A stretch of DNA of 64,000 nucleotides from Octopus vulgaris (lineage: Eukaryota). Of the stretch, positions 1 to 13,878 are shown one piece after another (the stretch's first letter is position 1; every line of letters starts with the position of its first letter). Under the pieces are notes generated by a model, which searched no databases, had not been told where the DNA came from, and worked only from the letters and a program-made list of their open reading frames with translations. The stretch lies in NCBI GenBank assembly GCA_951406725.2, contig OX597826.1:1736001-1800000 (forward strand). Reading direction: 5' to 3'. Both the position numbers and the translations under genes were made by a program.

Positions 1-1498
1 CACACACCTTATTTGCTTGTCATTTTATTGTGGCCATTCTGGGGCCCCACCTTGAAGAGTTTAGTCAGTCAAATTGACTCCAGGACATACTTTTAATTCT
101 GATGCTATGTTAATCAAACTACGAAGTTATGAGGACATAAACAAACCAACACAGTAGAGAGAGACAAGACCACAGACACACACACGCACACACAATATTG
201 CTTTCCATCTACCAAAATTCACTCAGAGTATTTGTTGGCCTAGGAGTATAGAAGACATTTGCATAAAGTAACATGCAGTAGGACTGAACCTGAAACCTCG
301 GGGTTGCAAAATGAGCTTCTTACCATGTGGCCATACCTGCACCTAGCATATGTAAAAAGGAGCAAATGGTGGATGGGAGAACATAAATATATGGATAATA
401 ATCCATTAAAGAAAATTTGCTTCTCATCAGCATCATCCTTTAACGTCTGTTTTCCATGCTGGCATGGGTTGGACTGCTTGAATGAAATAATTTCTGGCAA
501 TGAGGGGGTAACGATATTTGTAAAATGTTTTTCAGAAAAATGAGGGTGCTGAGCAAAATAATATTGAGCCCTGACAACTAATTTAAGGATAATTGTGTAG
601 GTGCAAGCATGGCTGTGTGGAAAGAAACTTGGTTCTTAACTACATGGTTCTGGGTTCAGTCCTATTGTATGACTCCTTGGGCAAGTGTCTCCTACTATAG
701 CTCCAGGCTGGCCAAAGCCTTCTGAGTGGATTTGGTAGATAGGAACTGAAGGAAGCTCATGTGTTTGTATCACAATCATCATCATCTTTAAACATCTGTT
801 TTTCATGCTGGCATGAGCTGGACAATTTTACCAGCATTGGCAAGCAGAACCAAATTTTGGGATGACTTGGCTTGGTTTCTACAGCTGGATGCCCTTCCTA
901 ACGCCAACCACTTGACAGTGTGTGCAGGGTGCTTTTAATGCCCGACCGGCATGAACACAGTTACATGGCTCCCGGTACAAGACTCTTGCAGACCTGATCC
1001 TCTTCACCAGGGGATGTGGCCTTAACACTTTTTCTGTGAAAGATGGATCTTCTTTTACTTACTTATTTATATATATATGTATATATATACACACAGGGTG
1101 CGACAGGTAAATTGTCACCATTTTATATTTTTTAATTTTGCACATGCACATTGTTTGATTTTGTTGATTACACAGTAATGTCAAATATTGAAATAAGCTT
1201 ACGGTGGGAGATAAGGACTTAACGCCAAACGTGTGCCATTGCATTGTTTTGGGGGAACCAAATTTCTGATGAGCATTATAGACCCATCAAACTTTAAGTG
1301 GAATTGTAGTCATGACAGATACTGGTGCCGTGCAACTGGCACTCTGCTGGTGGCATGCAAAAGCAGCCAATGCCTTGCAGAGGGGTTTTTTGCTGGTGGA
1401 AACTGCTGAGAATCTGTCATGTTTTTAAACATGCATGTATCATTGTTGTGTGGTGCATGGTTGTCTAAGCACAGGATTTCAGCTGAAATAAGCCACAT

Positions 1499-1710
1499 AC
1501 AGTAATCCCTCGACTATCGTGGGTGCTATGTTCCCAAAACCCCTGCAACAGGTGAATATCCACGATGTAGAAACAGTACTTTACTGTATATTTTTCTTTT
1601 CTTATTTTTATAATTTGTATATATTTATTTCATTATAAATGCAAAACACCACCATGGAGGAATCGACATAAGCGTAAATAACAAACCACGAGATGGCAAG
1701 GGATTAGTGT
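1499..1710. mobile_element. pogo/Tigger-like non-autonomous MITE
   Basis: Imperfect TIRs TA|CAGTAATCCCTCGACTATCG ... CGAGATGGCAAGGGATTAGTG; CAGT terminus typical of pogo/Tigger. Confidence 0.55.
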
Positions 1711-1880
1711 GAACCACTAAGAAACGTATTGCACGATTTTTCCTCCACATGCATTGACTGAAAGCAACATTTGAATATACTGTGTGTGCGTGCATGCATA
1801 ATTATGCATGTGTGTGTGTGTGCGTGCATGTGTGCATGTGTGTGTGTGTGTGTATGCATGTGTGTGTGTGTGTGCATGCT

Positions 1881-1911
<31 letters not shown>

Positions 1912-3021
1912 CATATTTGATAGAGTAAGCCAAGAAATTTTAAAATTTAGTTTTAATAATGAGAATCAATTATATAAATAATTCTGGTCAAAACAGGAAG
2001 GGGAGACAACACTAAATTTTAAATTAAATGTGTGTGTGTGTGAGTGTTGCTATTCCTTGCTTGTCACCATTTGGGGTACTGTAGCTTGAGTTAGTTCAAA
2101 CTTGAGCTAAGATAGCTATGGCCAAATGCAAAGAAGAGAAGAAAGCACAATAACCAGGTCACAGGCAGATTGGGAGGCCATGGGAGGCACTGGATGGGAT
2201 CAATGTGATCGATGTGATGGTGTGTAAAGTAAATGAGGGAACTGGAGAGAAAGAGAATGTCAACAATACAACTGTGTGTTTGTGCAAATCTGAAATAAAG
2301 CAAATACACACACACACACACACACATATACATACATACATACATACATACATAAACACACATACATACATAAACACACATACATATATGCACACACACA
2401 TGCACACACAGCTCTGTGTGTGTGTGTGTCTGTTTATACATACCTAGACCACCTTTGTTTATTAAAAAAGCAAGTAAGTTGCATTAAACAACTGAAAATA
2501 GAGAATGACAATTTGTTCTACCACCACCACCATCATTGCCACCGCCGCCTTCACACCACTTTCACCACCACCACCCACCACTGCCACCACCTCCCTTCCC
2601 TTCCCCACACACATGTTCAGTTCTAGAACTGAAAGTTAATATGTGAGTGAATGTAGATCTGGATGTGGTGGGGGGAGGGAGGGACGGGGAGGGTTTCGAT
2701 TCTAAGTGTGTGAGAACCGGAGTTGGGGTGTGGAGGAGGCAGGGGAGTAAGAGATTCCTGAAACACAAAAGAACTGAGCTGTTTGTATATATGTATATGT
2801 TGTGTGTATGTGTGTGTGTGTGTGTATATATATATATACACACACACACACAAACGCACATGCATGCACGCACATAACCTGCTGCCAGACACTTTCTTAT
2901 TTTTACCACCTGTCTTAAAAGAACCAAAATATCGTTTAGAAGAAAAAAATGGGAGACTGAGCAGACTTTAGCTTGACCTGCTAAAAATCATAGCCAAATC
3001 TCGCTCCATATTGTACCTTGC

Positions 3022-3255
3022 CATCATCATCATCATCATCGTTTAACGTCCGTTTTCCATGCTGGCATGGGTTGGACGGTCTGACTGGGGTCTGAGAAGC
3101 CAGGAGACTGCACCAGGCCCCAATCTAATCTTGCAGTGTTTCTACATCTGGATGCCCTTCCTAATGCCAACCACTCCGTGAGTGTAGTGGGTGCTTTTTA
3201 CGTGCCACTGGCATCGGCCACGTTCAGATGGTGCTCTTTACATGCTACCGGCATT
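3022..3255 (-). mobile_element. SINE ending in GACGTTAAACGATGATGATG (RTE-like tail); many copies (e.g. 425-480, 775-950, 5378-5545, 12683-12806, 18207-18343, 21273-21595, 40190-40370)
   Basis: Recurrent block CATCATCGTTTAACGTCCGTTTTCCATGCTGGCATGGGTTGGACG...GGATGCCCTTCCTAACGCCAACCAC, found in both orientations. Confidence 0.75.
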
Positions 3256-5159
3256 TCCAATTGATTTGATTTTAATATTGCTGATGTTGATGTACTTGAC
3301 CCAGTAGGTCTCCTCAAGCACAGCCTGTTGCCCTACAATCCAAGGTAATTTTGAGTGGGTGGGTTATGTGCCACTAGTGTAGGTTAAAAAAAATGAAAAG
3401 GAATAACACACTGGATAATGTAGTCTCAGGTATCTCTCTAATGCAAGTTTCAGACCCACCAGGTAAAAATGGTCTTCTTCAGGATTGTCTAGTAATATTC
3501 AGGAATCTAAACAACTGAATAAGAAGTAATATTTATTCCCATTTAAACATGGATGTTCTTTTAGAACAAGCTATACTGTGCTAGTTACCACGAGAAAAAC
3601 TCTCATATTGGTTTCTCTCCTGTTATCTTCTGCAGTGAGGTTTCTTCAAACAGAACAGTCATGTTTTAGTAGGGATAACTATTAGACCTTGGTATTAATA
3701 CTGCCTCTGTAGCTAATAAATATTTTTTTGCTTACCAACCACATGGTTCCAGGTTCAGTCCCACTGTGTGGCACCTTGGGCAAGTGTCTTCTACTATAGG
3801 CTCGGGCCAACCAAAGCCTTGTGAGTGGATTTGGTAGATGGAAACTGAAAGTATCCCATCGTATGTGTGTGTGTGTGTGTATATGTTAGTGTGTCTGTAT
3901 TTGTTCTCCCACCATCACTTGACAACCAATGCTGGTGAGTTTACATCCCCATAACTTAGCAGTTTGGCAAAAGAGACCTATAGAATAAGTACTAGGCTGA
4001 CAAGGAGTAAGTCCTGGGGTTGATTTGTTCAACTAAAGGTCAATTCTCCTGTGTGACACCTTGGTCAAGTATCATCTTCTGTAGTTTCAGGCTGACCAAA
4101 CTCTTGTTGGTGGATTTGGTAGACAGAAACTGAAGGAAGCCCATCATGTGTGTGTATATGTGTGTATATGTGTGTACATGTGTTTCTGTAGGTCTCCCAT
4201 CACTACTGGTGTTGGTGTGTTTATGTCCCCATAACTTAGCAGTTCAGCAAAAGAGAGTGATAGAATAAGCACCAGGCTTTAAAAAAATTTTTTTAAATAA
4301 GTGTTGGGGTTGATTCATTTAACAAAATGTGCTTAATGGAGGTGCTCCAGCATGGCAGCAGTCTGATGACTGAAACAAGTAAAAGATGAAAGACTACACA
4401 CAGAGTATACATCCACATTCAGCTGTCCAATTGTAAGATAGAGAAAGAAACAGTTAAGGCCGTTCATTACGTCAATTACCTGGAGATTATAATACTGAGG
4501 GGTTTAGAGATTAAGAAAATAATTAAAAAATAATAATTTAAAAAAGCAGAACAAGTAAGTGGAACATGGTAAAATCTCCAGGAAAATTCAATTGGCTCTT
4601 GACCCACACCAGCAAAAATTTATATGAGATCAATATTACTAAATGAACATTGATTTTGGCACAGTACCATTACATCCGACACTAAATTCCTAGTTTCTGA
4701 ATGCAAAATACTTTATATAGAATATTAGGAATCAGATGGTAACATTGTGTGATTAACGGAAGATATTGGTTAATGTGTGTTCAGTTGATGAATTGATAAG
4801 ATTGTCACAAGGGAGATGATTTAGATGTATCTGTTTATGAGATGGATAACTTGTTTGGGATGTACCCAAATGGAGAGTAATAGGAGAGAGGTGGGGAAGA
4901 GACTTTGTAAAATCTGAGCAAGAATGATGGATTGGGAAGTGAGAGAATGGCTTGGAGATGGTTTGGACATATCTGTTGGTTAAATGGGAAACTTGTTTGG
5001 AATGTACCCAATAGGAGAGGAAATGGCAGAAATAGGAGAGAGAGAAGTGGGGGAGAGACCACGAGAAATCTGGGTAAGAATGATGCAATGGAAAGTGCAA
5101 GAAGAATATGAATATGACTTAAAGGATAGCACAGGATTGGTGTGTTTGGTGAAAATTTA

Positions 5160-5249
5160 TCAAACCCTTGTGCATCCCATCCAATGATGAGGTGAAATTT
5201 GTTGACATCTTCCATCAACACAATCAGCAGGTTCTCCTTTCAAATTCCT
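5160..5249 (-). other. candidate terminal coding exon (RNLKGEPADCVDGRCQQISPHHWMGCTRV*)
   Basis: Good minus-strand acceptor GTTTTTGTTATTCTAATTTCAG followed by 29 open codons in non-repeat sequence; no homolog recognised. Confidence 0.2.
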
Positions 5250-6309
5250 CTGAAATTAGAATAACAAAAACCTTACCAGAAAAACAGGTATGGGTTCATG
5301 ATGGGAAATACATCCAGTTGTAAACTGTCCATGCCAGTATAGAAAACAGGTGTTAAAATGCATGCATCACACACACATCATCATCATCCTTTAACATCTA
5401 TTTTCCATGCTGGCTGGTGTGGATGGTTTAATGGGCTGGCAAGCTGAGTGGCTGCACTGAACTGTTTCGACACGGCTTCTATGGTTGGATGCCCTTCCTA
5501 ACATCAACCACTTTACAGAGTGCACTGGGTACTTTTCACATGGAGCCAGCACAAATATCATATATATATATATATATATATATATTTATCTTGGTGAGTG
5601 GGGTGGTTTTGGACATCCTACTGGATGAAAAACAAATCTTGACAAAGGATAGAGGAACTATGTATGTACAAGAACTTAGGAATTTCTAGTTTGGTACCAG
5701 GTGTGCATTTAGTCCACCTGGTTGGGTTGGACTATAAGCCATACTGATGGCAATTCACACAGGAGATGGAGAACACGAATGGAAAAACCTGAGAGACAGC
5801 ATTCATTCAGTTTGTAGCATAAATTTTTACCAACTTTCAGCTATTCGTATTTTCAAAATGTGTGGCTGGCCCTACACAAGTCGTGGGTCGTCTAACAGGT
5901 GTAATTATTGGTTGTTAGAATCTTGCTCAGAGCCTGTAGACTGCTTGGAGATACAAGACACATAATGAACCTGACTAGATCTGCATTTCCAAGCAAGAAA
6001 CAACTAGTAGCTCATATCTTTATACTGTGTACATTAAATGTTTTTTTTTTCCTTGATGGAGTACTTTTTATGCTATCTTATACAGTAAACTATATATATA
6101 TATATATACACACACGCACACACTTCGTTTTTGTATCTGGTTTGCAAGATTCTTTATGTGAATTCGTGTGTTGAAGTATATTATGTTATGTCTGGGGAAA
6201 GTCATTATCTTAATGCCTTATCTAGATTTTGGAAAAAAAATAAATGAGTGAAAATCAAACCAGTGAGTGTGTTAGATAAGGCATTAAAACAATAATGACT
6301 CTCCCCAGA

Positions 6310-6346
<37 letters not shown>

Positions 6347-6348
<2 letters not shown>

Positions 6349-6772
6349 CACAGGAGTGGCTGTGTGGTAAGTAGCTTGTTTACCAACCACATGGTTCCAG
6401 GTTCATTCCCACTGTGTGGCACCTTGGGCAAGTGCCTTCTACTACAGCCTCAGGCCGACCAAAGCTTTGTGAGTGGATTTGGTAGACAGAAACTGAAAGA
6501 AGCCTGCAGTATATATGAAGCAAATTATGTTATGTCTGGGGAAAGTCATTATCTTAGTATGTATATGTTTGTGTATCTGTGTTTGTCCCCCCAACATCGC
6601 TTGACAACCGATGCTGGCGTGTTTATGTACCTGTAACTTAGCGGTTTGGCAAAAGATTCCAATAGAATAAGTACTAGGCAAGAATAAGTCCTGGGGTCGA
6701 TTTGCTCGACTAAAGGTGATGCTCCAGCACGGCTGTAGTCAAATGACTGAAACAGGTGAATGAGTAAAAGAG
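6347..6772 (+). mobile_element. tRNA-derived CORE-type SINE (octopus OR-like), full length
   Basis: A/B-box-like head GTGGCTGTGTGGTAAG...GGTTC, CORE-like CACCTTGGGCAAGT, tail ATGACTGAAACAAGTAAAAGAG. Confidence 0.8.
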
Positions 6773-8640
6773 ATGTATATATATCCCAATATATCTGTCA
6801 TTCTCTAAATCAATGCTTATCTCTGCTGATCTTTCTAAGTTGTTAAACAAGGTAAGAGGCAAATTCCTCGCTAGATGGCAGTTAAGATCTCCAGTGGAAT
6901 AAATTGAGTGCATAACTACAAGTCTACATGCTTCCAATGAAGAATTATACCATTCCAGACTAATCAATTGAACTATAGCACTGCAGAACAATATAGAAAA
7001 ATCATACCATTTTAGATGAAATGAAAAATTTGTGTTATTGTAGAGGATTCTAGAAAATGATACCAATGTGGAATAATCTGGAGAATCATGCCATTGCAGA
7101 AGAATCTTGAGAATTATAGCGTCAGAGAATAATCTTTAGTCTAATACATTTCCAAATTTAGAGCCTGATCTTGGCAACAGGATCAATCCAATGTTATTGG
7201 AAGGACATGGATTGCTCACTGTTCAGCTAGAATTTTGGTTAACTATTATTGATAGACGTGTTCAGTCAAGCACAAACACATGTATAGATGCATACATGCA
7301 CACAAACACACGTTTTGTGACAGAAACGAGAAAAATAGAACACAAAATATAAGAGAATGTGTGTGTGTGTGTGTATAACGTGTATATATGTGTATGTATA
7401 ACATATCTATATATGTATGTACAACATGTATATATATATATGTGTGTGTGTGTTATACATGAAACAAAGTGCAGGAGTGGCTGTATGGTAACAAGCTTGC
7501 TTCCCAACTACATGACTCCGGGTTCAATCCCACTGCATGGCACCTTGGGTAAGTGTTTTCTACTATAACCTTGGGCCGATCAAAGCCTTGTGGTGGATTT
7601 GGCAGACAGAAACTGAGAGAAGCCTATATACATATATATATATATATTTCTGTATCTGTGTTTGTCCCTCCACCATCGCTTGACAACTGATGCTGGTGTG
7701 TTTATGTCCCCGTAATTTAGCGGTTCGGCAAAAGAGACCGACAGAATAAGTACAAAGAATAAGTCCTGGTGTTGATTTGCTCAACTAAAGGCAGTGCTCC
7801 AGCATGGCCAGTCAAATGACTGAAACAAGTAAAAAAGTAAAAGAGAGTGTGTAATTGAGAGGCTAGACCTTGCAGGTATTGTCAACCTTTTATGTGTAAC
7901 AGTTTAGTTCCATTGTGTGTCACCTTGGACAAGTGTCTTTTACTATAGGCTCAGACTGACCAAAGCCTTGAATAGATATGGTGGATGGAAACTGAAAGAA
8001 GCCCATCATATGTGAATATATATATATGTGTGTGTTTGTGATTGTGTCTGTGTTCGTCTCCTGCTATCACTTGACAATTGGCGTGATGTGCATAAGTCCC
8101 TATAACTTAGCTGTTTGGCAAAAGAGACTGATATACTAAATACCAGGCTTTAAAAAATATACGTCCTGGGGTCGATTTGTTCGACTAAAATTTGTCAAAG
8201 TGGTGCCCCAGCAATGGCTGCAGTCTAAGGACTGGAACAAGCAAAAGGTAAAAGAAAATATGGATTCTTCTGAAACGTATTAAGAAATTCTTCAGTTTCA
8301 TGTTAAATTATTTTTATCATAATTTGACATAAAAACAACACAGAGGCAAATTAGGTCAGAGTGTTGGGTAGAACACCTCATGTTATTTGTTCTGAAACTT
8401 TACGCTCCAAGTTCAAATCCCACCACAGCTCCATAAAAATGGCAACTCTGCTGTCAAGAGTTGTGACCGGTTAGGCATAGGAGTGGCTATGTGGTAAGAA
8501 GCTTGCTTCCCAATCACATGGTTCCAGGTTCAGTCCCACTGCATAGCACCTTGGGCAAGTGTCTTCTACTATAACCACAGGCTGACCAAAGCCTTGTGAG
8601 CGGATTTGGTAGACAGAAACTGAAAGAAGCCCATCGTGTG

Positions 8641-8678
<38 letters not shown>

Positions 8679-9186
8679 CTTATATATTTATGGGTGTTTA
8701 TGTTTGTCCCCCATCATTGCTTGACAACCGATATTGGTGTTTACATCCCTTTAACTTAGCAGTCTGACAAAAGAGACTGACAGAATAAGTATGAGGCTTA
8801 CAAAGAATAAGTTTCGGTGGGTTAATTTCTTTGACAAAAAGACTCTTTAAGGTGGTGCTCCAACATGGCCGCAGTCATGACTGAACCAAGCAAAAGAATT
8901 AAAGTCTATGTGTGTGCATGTATGTTTAACTGACATGGGATTTAACTTCTATTTCTAGCAGGTTGAAGTTAGTGTCCAGCCTCACATCACTGTCAGACAC
9001 TGACTTTGATGCTGACATAGTTATAGGCAGAGGTGTGGCCATGAGGTTAAGTAGCTTGCTTCCCAATCACGGTGTCTTGGGTTCAAGTCTCATCGTACAG
9101 CATTTTAGGGAAACGTATTTCATTATAGCACCAGACTGACAAAAGTCTTGTGAGTGGATGTCATGGATGGAAACTAAAAGAAGTCC

Positions 9187-9292
<106 letters not shown>

Positions 9293-10119
9293 GCACCTTG
9301 TCTTTGTGTTATTTGATGGTTGTAAATGAAGATCATCAGATAAGTTTATCGTTTTCAGTTTGCTATGAGAGAAAAAATACTACCTTATTTGGAAACATAT
9401 GAGAGTTGGTCACAGGAAAGGCAACCGACCTTAGAAAATTTGTCTCAACAGATTCCATCCAACCAATGCAAGCATGGAACAGTAACATTAACCAATGATG
9501 ATGATGCAGTATGAGATTTTAGGGAAACTTGGCTGCTATTTCTAGCATTTCGAACGACCTCAAAGAGGGTCTCTTGCATCTTCATTGCTTTGTCTGGTGT
9601 TCCTGGGGGCCTTATTTCGAATTTGTTTACAACACTTTTTTTTTTTGTAAGGGATTAGATAAGAGTAAGAAATTAGATAGGGTGGGGACATCAGACGGGG
9701 CAGGGGCTAAATTTAGTCCAGTTAGTTTGAGTTTTTGCTATTTATAAGTGTTTTCTTTGATTATTTATTTGGTTTTTCTTTTTGGTTCGGGATTGGTGGC
9801 TCCATCTTCTCTTTTGTACACAGAAAAAACATTTTGGTGTATTTTCTTCCATTTTATATTTTTAAGAAACTGAGATTACACACAAACACACACATTAATG
9901 TACACATTCTTTTACATATTCTCTGACAGTGTGTGTATGGCAATACACACAACACACACAAACACATACACACACACACATATATACACATACACAAATA
10001 TATAGAAATGTGTGTTATATGCTTGTGTGTAAATAGAAACATGTGTATCTGAAACTGCTGGAGCAACCTAAATAAGCTAGACACACCAGAGATGATTATC
10101 TCACTACCTCTCCCTCTCC

Positions 10120-10167
<48 letters not shown>

Positions 10168-10512
10168 CATTTGCATTTTCTATTTTGCTATTAACTTTTC
10201 TTTCATATCTATAAATACATCTATAGTGGTTGCTATGGCACTGAGGTAGATCTGGCCAACCCCCCTTAACAGGGACAAAACCCAGATTTAGAATGGACGA
10301 TATATATATTTATTTATTTATTTATTTATTTGTGCCTGGACGGCATGCTGGTCTGTCACATGATTACTCATTGTTACTGAGTGGACTGGAGCACCGTGAA
10401 ATGAAGTGTTTTGCTCAAGGACACAATACAATAACCTGGTCCAGGGATGGAAACCACAACCTTGCAATTGGGAGTCCAACACTCTAACCACTAAGCCATG
10501 CACCTCCACGCA

Positions 10513-10561
<49 letters not shown>

Positions 10562-10712
10562 TACACACAATAGTATGCAAACAATTAAGTATTTATATAT
10601 GAACGAGGTGACCTTTCACAGGACACCTTACATGCTAGAAAGGGCAGTCAAAACCCAAACCACAAATAAAAGCAATTTCAAAGAAAATGAATATAATATA
10701 TATATATATACA

Positions 10713-11219
10713 CTAGCAGGTAAGCCCGGTTTCACCCAATCTGTTTGGATGATGTGGCTGTGATCGTTTTCGGTTAGGCCTAATCTATAACAGTGTTTCT
10801 CAACCTTATCATTTCGGGTCCCCTATTACAATTGGAGCCTCCAGCTGTATGAAAATTTCCTGACTCCCGATTAAGATTATTAACCCCACAAAGAGGTGAA
10901 AGAAGAGAGACAGCATAGCGGAAGTTTTGGTTGATTGACATCCCGTACTCCCCTTGTTGCTAGCGAAATGGTATATGCCGTCTGTGCGAGCAACTGGTTG
11001 TTTAATGGTGGAACAAACAGGGGAATTCCATAGAGAAAAGTTTTAATCAATTTTCTCGGTAACTGTGGGGGTTAGGAAAAAAATACAAACTGCATTCCAA
11101 TCTATGCACCTGTCTCCACATGTGTGCCATTTTTCACGTGAATCCACCCAGGTGTTTGGCTGAGAACCTCAAGACAAGAAAGAATACAATGATCGCCCAT
11201 GTCCAATTTATATTATAGA
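10713..11219 (-). mobile_element. non-autonomous Helitron
   Basis: Minus strand begins A|TCTATAATATAAA and ends with a degenerate GC hairpin (TTGGGTGAAACCGGG) then CTAG|T; no TSD; contains an internal hAT-type end CAGTGTTTCTCAACC at ~10791. Confidence 0.65.
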
Positions 11220-11435
11220 TTTCAGTCATATTATGCGGAGAAAATCCCTGGAGAAGGACATCATGCTCGGAATGGTCAGTGGCAAGAGAGGAAGAGGCCG
11301 ACCAAGAACCCGCTGGCTTGACACCATCAAGAGTGATACCGGAATGGACATAGCCAATCTGAAAGAAGCGGCCCAGGATAGAACTGACCGGAGGACACTG
11401 ATCCAACGAGTGACCGAGAGTTGACTTTGACTAAG

Positions 11436-11440
<5 letters not shown>
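11220..11440 (+). mobile_element. RTE/BovB-like LINE 3' end fragment
   Basis: Translation FSHIMRRKSLEKDIMLGMVSGKRGRGRPRTRWLDTIK...AQDR...RVTES matches the RTE-clade ORF C-terminus. Confidence 0.85.
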
Positions 11441-11481
<41 letters not shown>

Positions 11482-12165
11482 TATGTTGGTGCAAACAGGA
11501 AAAGTAGAACTCAAAATATAAATATAAGTACATTTTTCATGTTTACTTGGCACAAGAACAAGAGAAATCTCTGTAAGAATCTAAATAAGAAAAAGAGTAA
11601 TGTTGAAAGAAGCAAAATTAACTTTCACAATGTGAAATTACACTGCCACCATTAGCAACAACAACAACAACAACAAATAAACATTGATTACTCCGATTTC
11701 AACAACTAGTATCAATAATAGTAATTTCTATGCTACATCAGCAGCACCACCACCAACCTCAGCAACAACCATCACCTACACCAACTTCATCACTATATCA
11801 CCAGTACCACTGCCAACATCAACACAACACTGCCACCAAAACTATATCAGTACTAATTACAACAAGACTAAGCCACCACCACCATCAATAACTCCACATG
11901 ACCACTAGGACCTATTTCAATACTACACCACAACTACCACTATCTTTTATCTTGCTTCAGTCATTAGACTGCGGCCATGCTGGGGCACCAGCTTGAACTT
12001 TTAGTTGAACGAATCAATCCCAGGTACTTTTATTTTTAAAGCATGGTACCTATTCTATCGCTCTCTTTTGTCAAACTACTAAATTACAGGGACAAAAACA
12101 CACCAACACCGGTTGTTAAGCAGTGATGGGAGACAAACACAAATACACACACACACACACTCACT

Positions 12166-12411
12166 TATTGGGTTGGTGCATAATTATTGAGGCTTTTTTC
12201 CATCAAATTTAATACAACAAAAACAATAACAATATTTAACAAAAACATCTATAAATGATGGTCTGACTGTCTGCCAAGCAAATAAGAAGCAGTAATTGAA
12301 GTAGATGGTGAATATGCTCTGGAATAATCATTTAAAGATGTTTTTGTTATTGCTTTTGTTGAATAAAATTTGTTGAAAAAAAGCCGCAAATAATTATGCA
12401 CCAATCCAATA
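12166..12411. mobile_element. mariner-type MITE
   Basis: TIRs TATTGGGTTGGTGCATAATTATTG / AATAATTATGCACCAATCCAATA with TA flanks, resembling Hsmar1/MADE-type ends. Confidence 0.75.
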
Positions 12412-12413
12412 AA

Positions 12414-12659
12414 TACAGGGTTTGGCCAAAAGTCACCCAAAAGGAAATCAAAATCCCATAAATACTTAATATTCAATTTTATTTATTCATTCTAATTATG
12501 CAGGTTTAATAATTGAATGCTGTGAGTTAAAATCACCATTTTCTTTTTTCAACACTTGTCTATTTATTAGTGAAATCTCATATAAAATAATCTTTTGCTT
12601 TAATCTTGGAATTAAATGGTTTTGATTTTACTATCAGGTGACTTTTAACCAACCCTTTA
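12414..12659. mobile_element. Tc1-type MITE
   Basis: TACAGGGTTTGGCCAAAAGTCACC ... GGTGACTTTTAACCAACCCTTTA. Confidence 0.6.
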
Positions 12660-12813
12660 TTTATACACACACACATATATAATCATCATCGTTTAACGTC
12701 CGTTTTCCATGCTGGCGTGGGTTGGACAGTTTGACAGGGGGACTGGCAAGTCAGTAGGCTGCACCAGGCTCCAATCTGATCTGGCAAGATTTCTACAGCT
12801 GGATGCATGCATA

Positions 12814-12861
<48 letters not shown>

Positions 12862-13154
12862 AGCTTCTTTCAGTTTCCGTCCATGAAATCCTCTAACACG
12901 GCTTTCTTTGATCAGCCCAAGGCTATAGTAAAAGACACTCAGCCAAAGTGCCATACAGTGGGGACTGAACCCAGAACCATATGGTTGGGAAGCAAGCTTC
13001 TTACCACACTGCCACACCTGCTCCTATATTAACCACTCTAAACACCTGTAACACCTTGTAACAAACACCAGGTATATATTAACTTCAACAGCACCCTCAA
13101 GAAATTAACAATGAAGCGGCTTCTTGGTGGTAACTCGGCTTGTTTGGCATAATT

Positions 13155-13593
13155 CTACTATAGGCACGAGGCCTGAAATTATTCAGGTGGTGATAGAGGA
13201 GGACTAGTTGATTACACTGACCCAGATGCTCAACTGGTACTTATTTTATCAATCCTGAAAGAATGAAAGGTAATGTCAACTTTGGTAGAATTTAAACTCA
13301 CACCATACAAATGGATGAAATGCTGCTAACCGTTTTCTCTGGCTCGCTAAAGATTCTCACTGCCATAATAATAATAATAATCCTTTCTCCTGTAGGCACA
13401 AGGCCTGAAATCTGAGGGGGTGGGGATAGTCGATTACCTTGGCTCCAGTACACAGCTGGTACTTATTTTATCGACCCTGAAAGAATGAAAGGCAAAGTCG
13501 GCTTTGGCGGAATTTGAACTCAGAATGTGAAGACAGATGAAATACTGCTTAGCATTTCACCCAGCATGCTAATGGTTCAGCCAGCTTGCTACC

Positions 13594-13624
<31 letters not shown>

Positions 13625-13846
13625 TGATAATAATTTTATTCAATTGGCACAAGGCCTGAAATTTTGAGAGTGGAGATTAGCCAATAGCATTGACCCCCTC
13701 CCCAAGTACTCAACTGGTACTTATTAACTTTGAAAGGATGAAAGGCAATGTTGATCTTGGTGAAATTTGAACTCAGAACATAAAGATGGACAAAATACCA
13801 CTTAGCATTTTACCCAGTGTGCTAACGATTCTACCAGTTTGCTACC

Positions 13847-13878
<32 letters not shown>

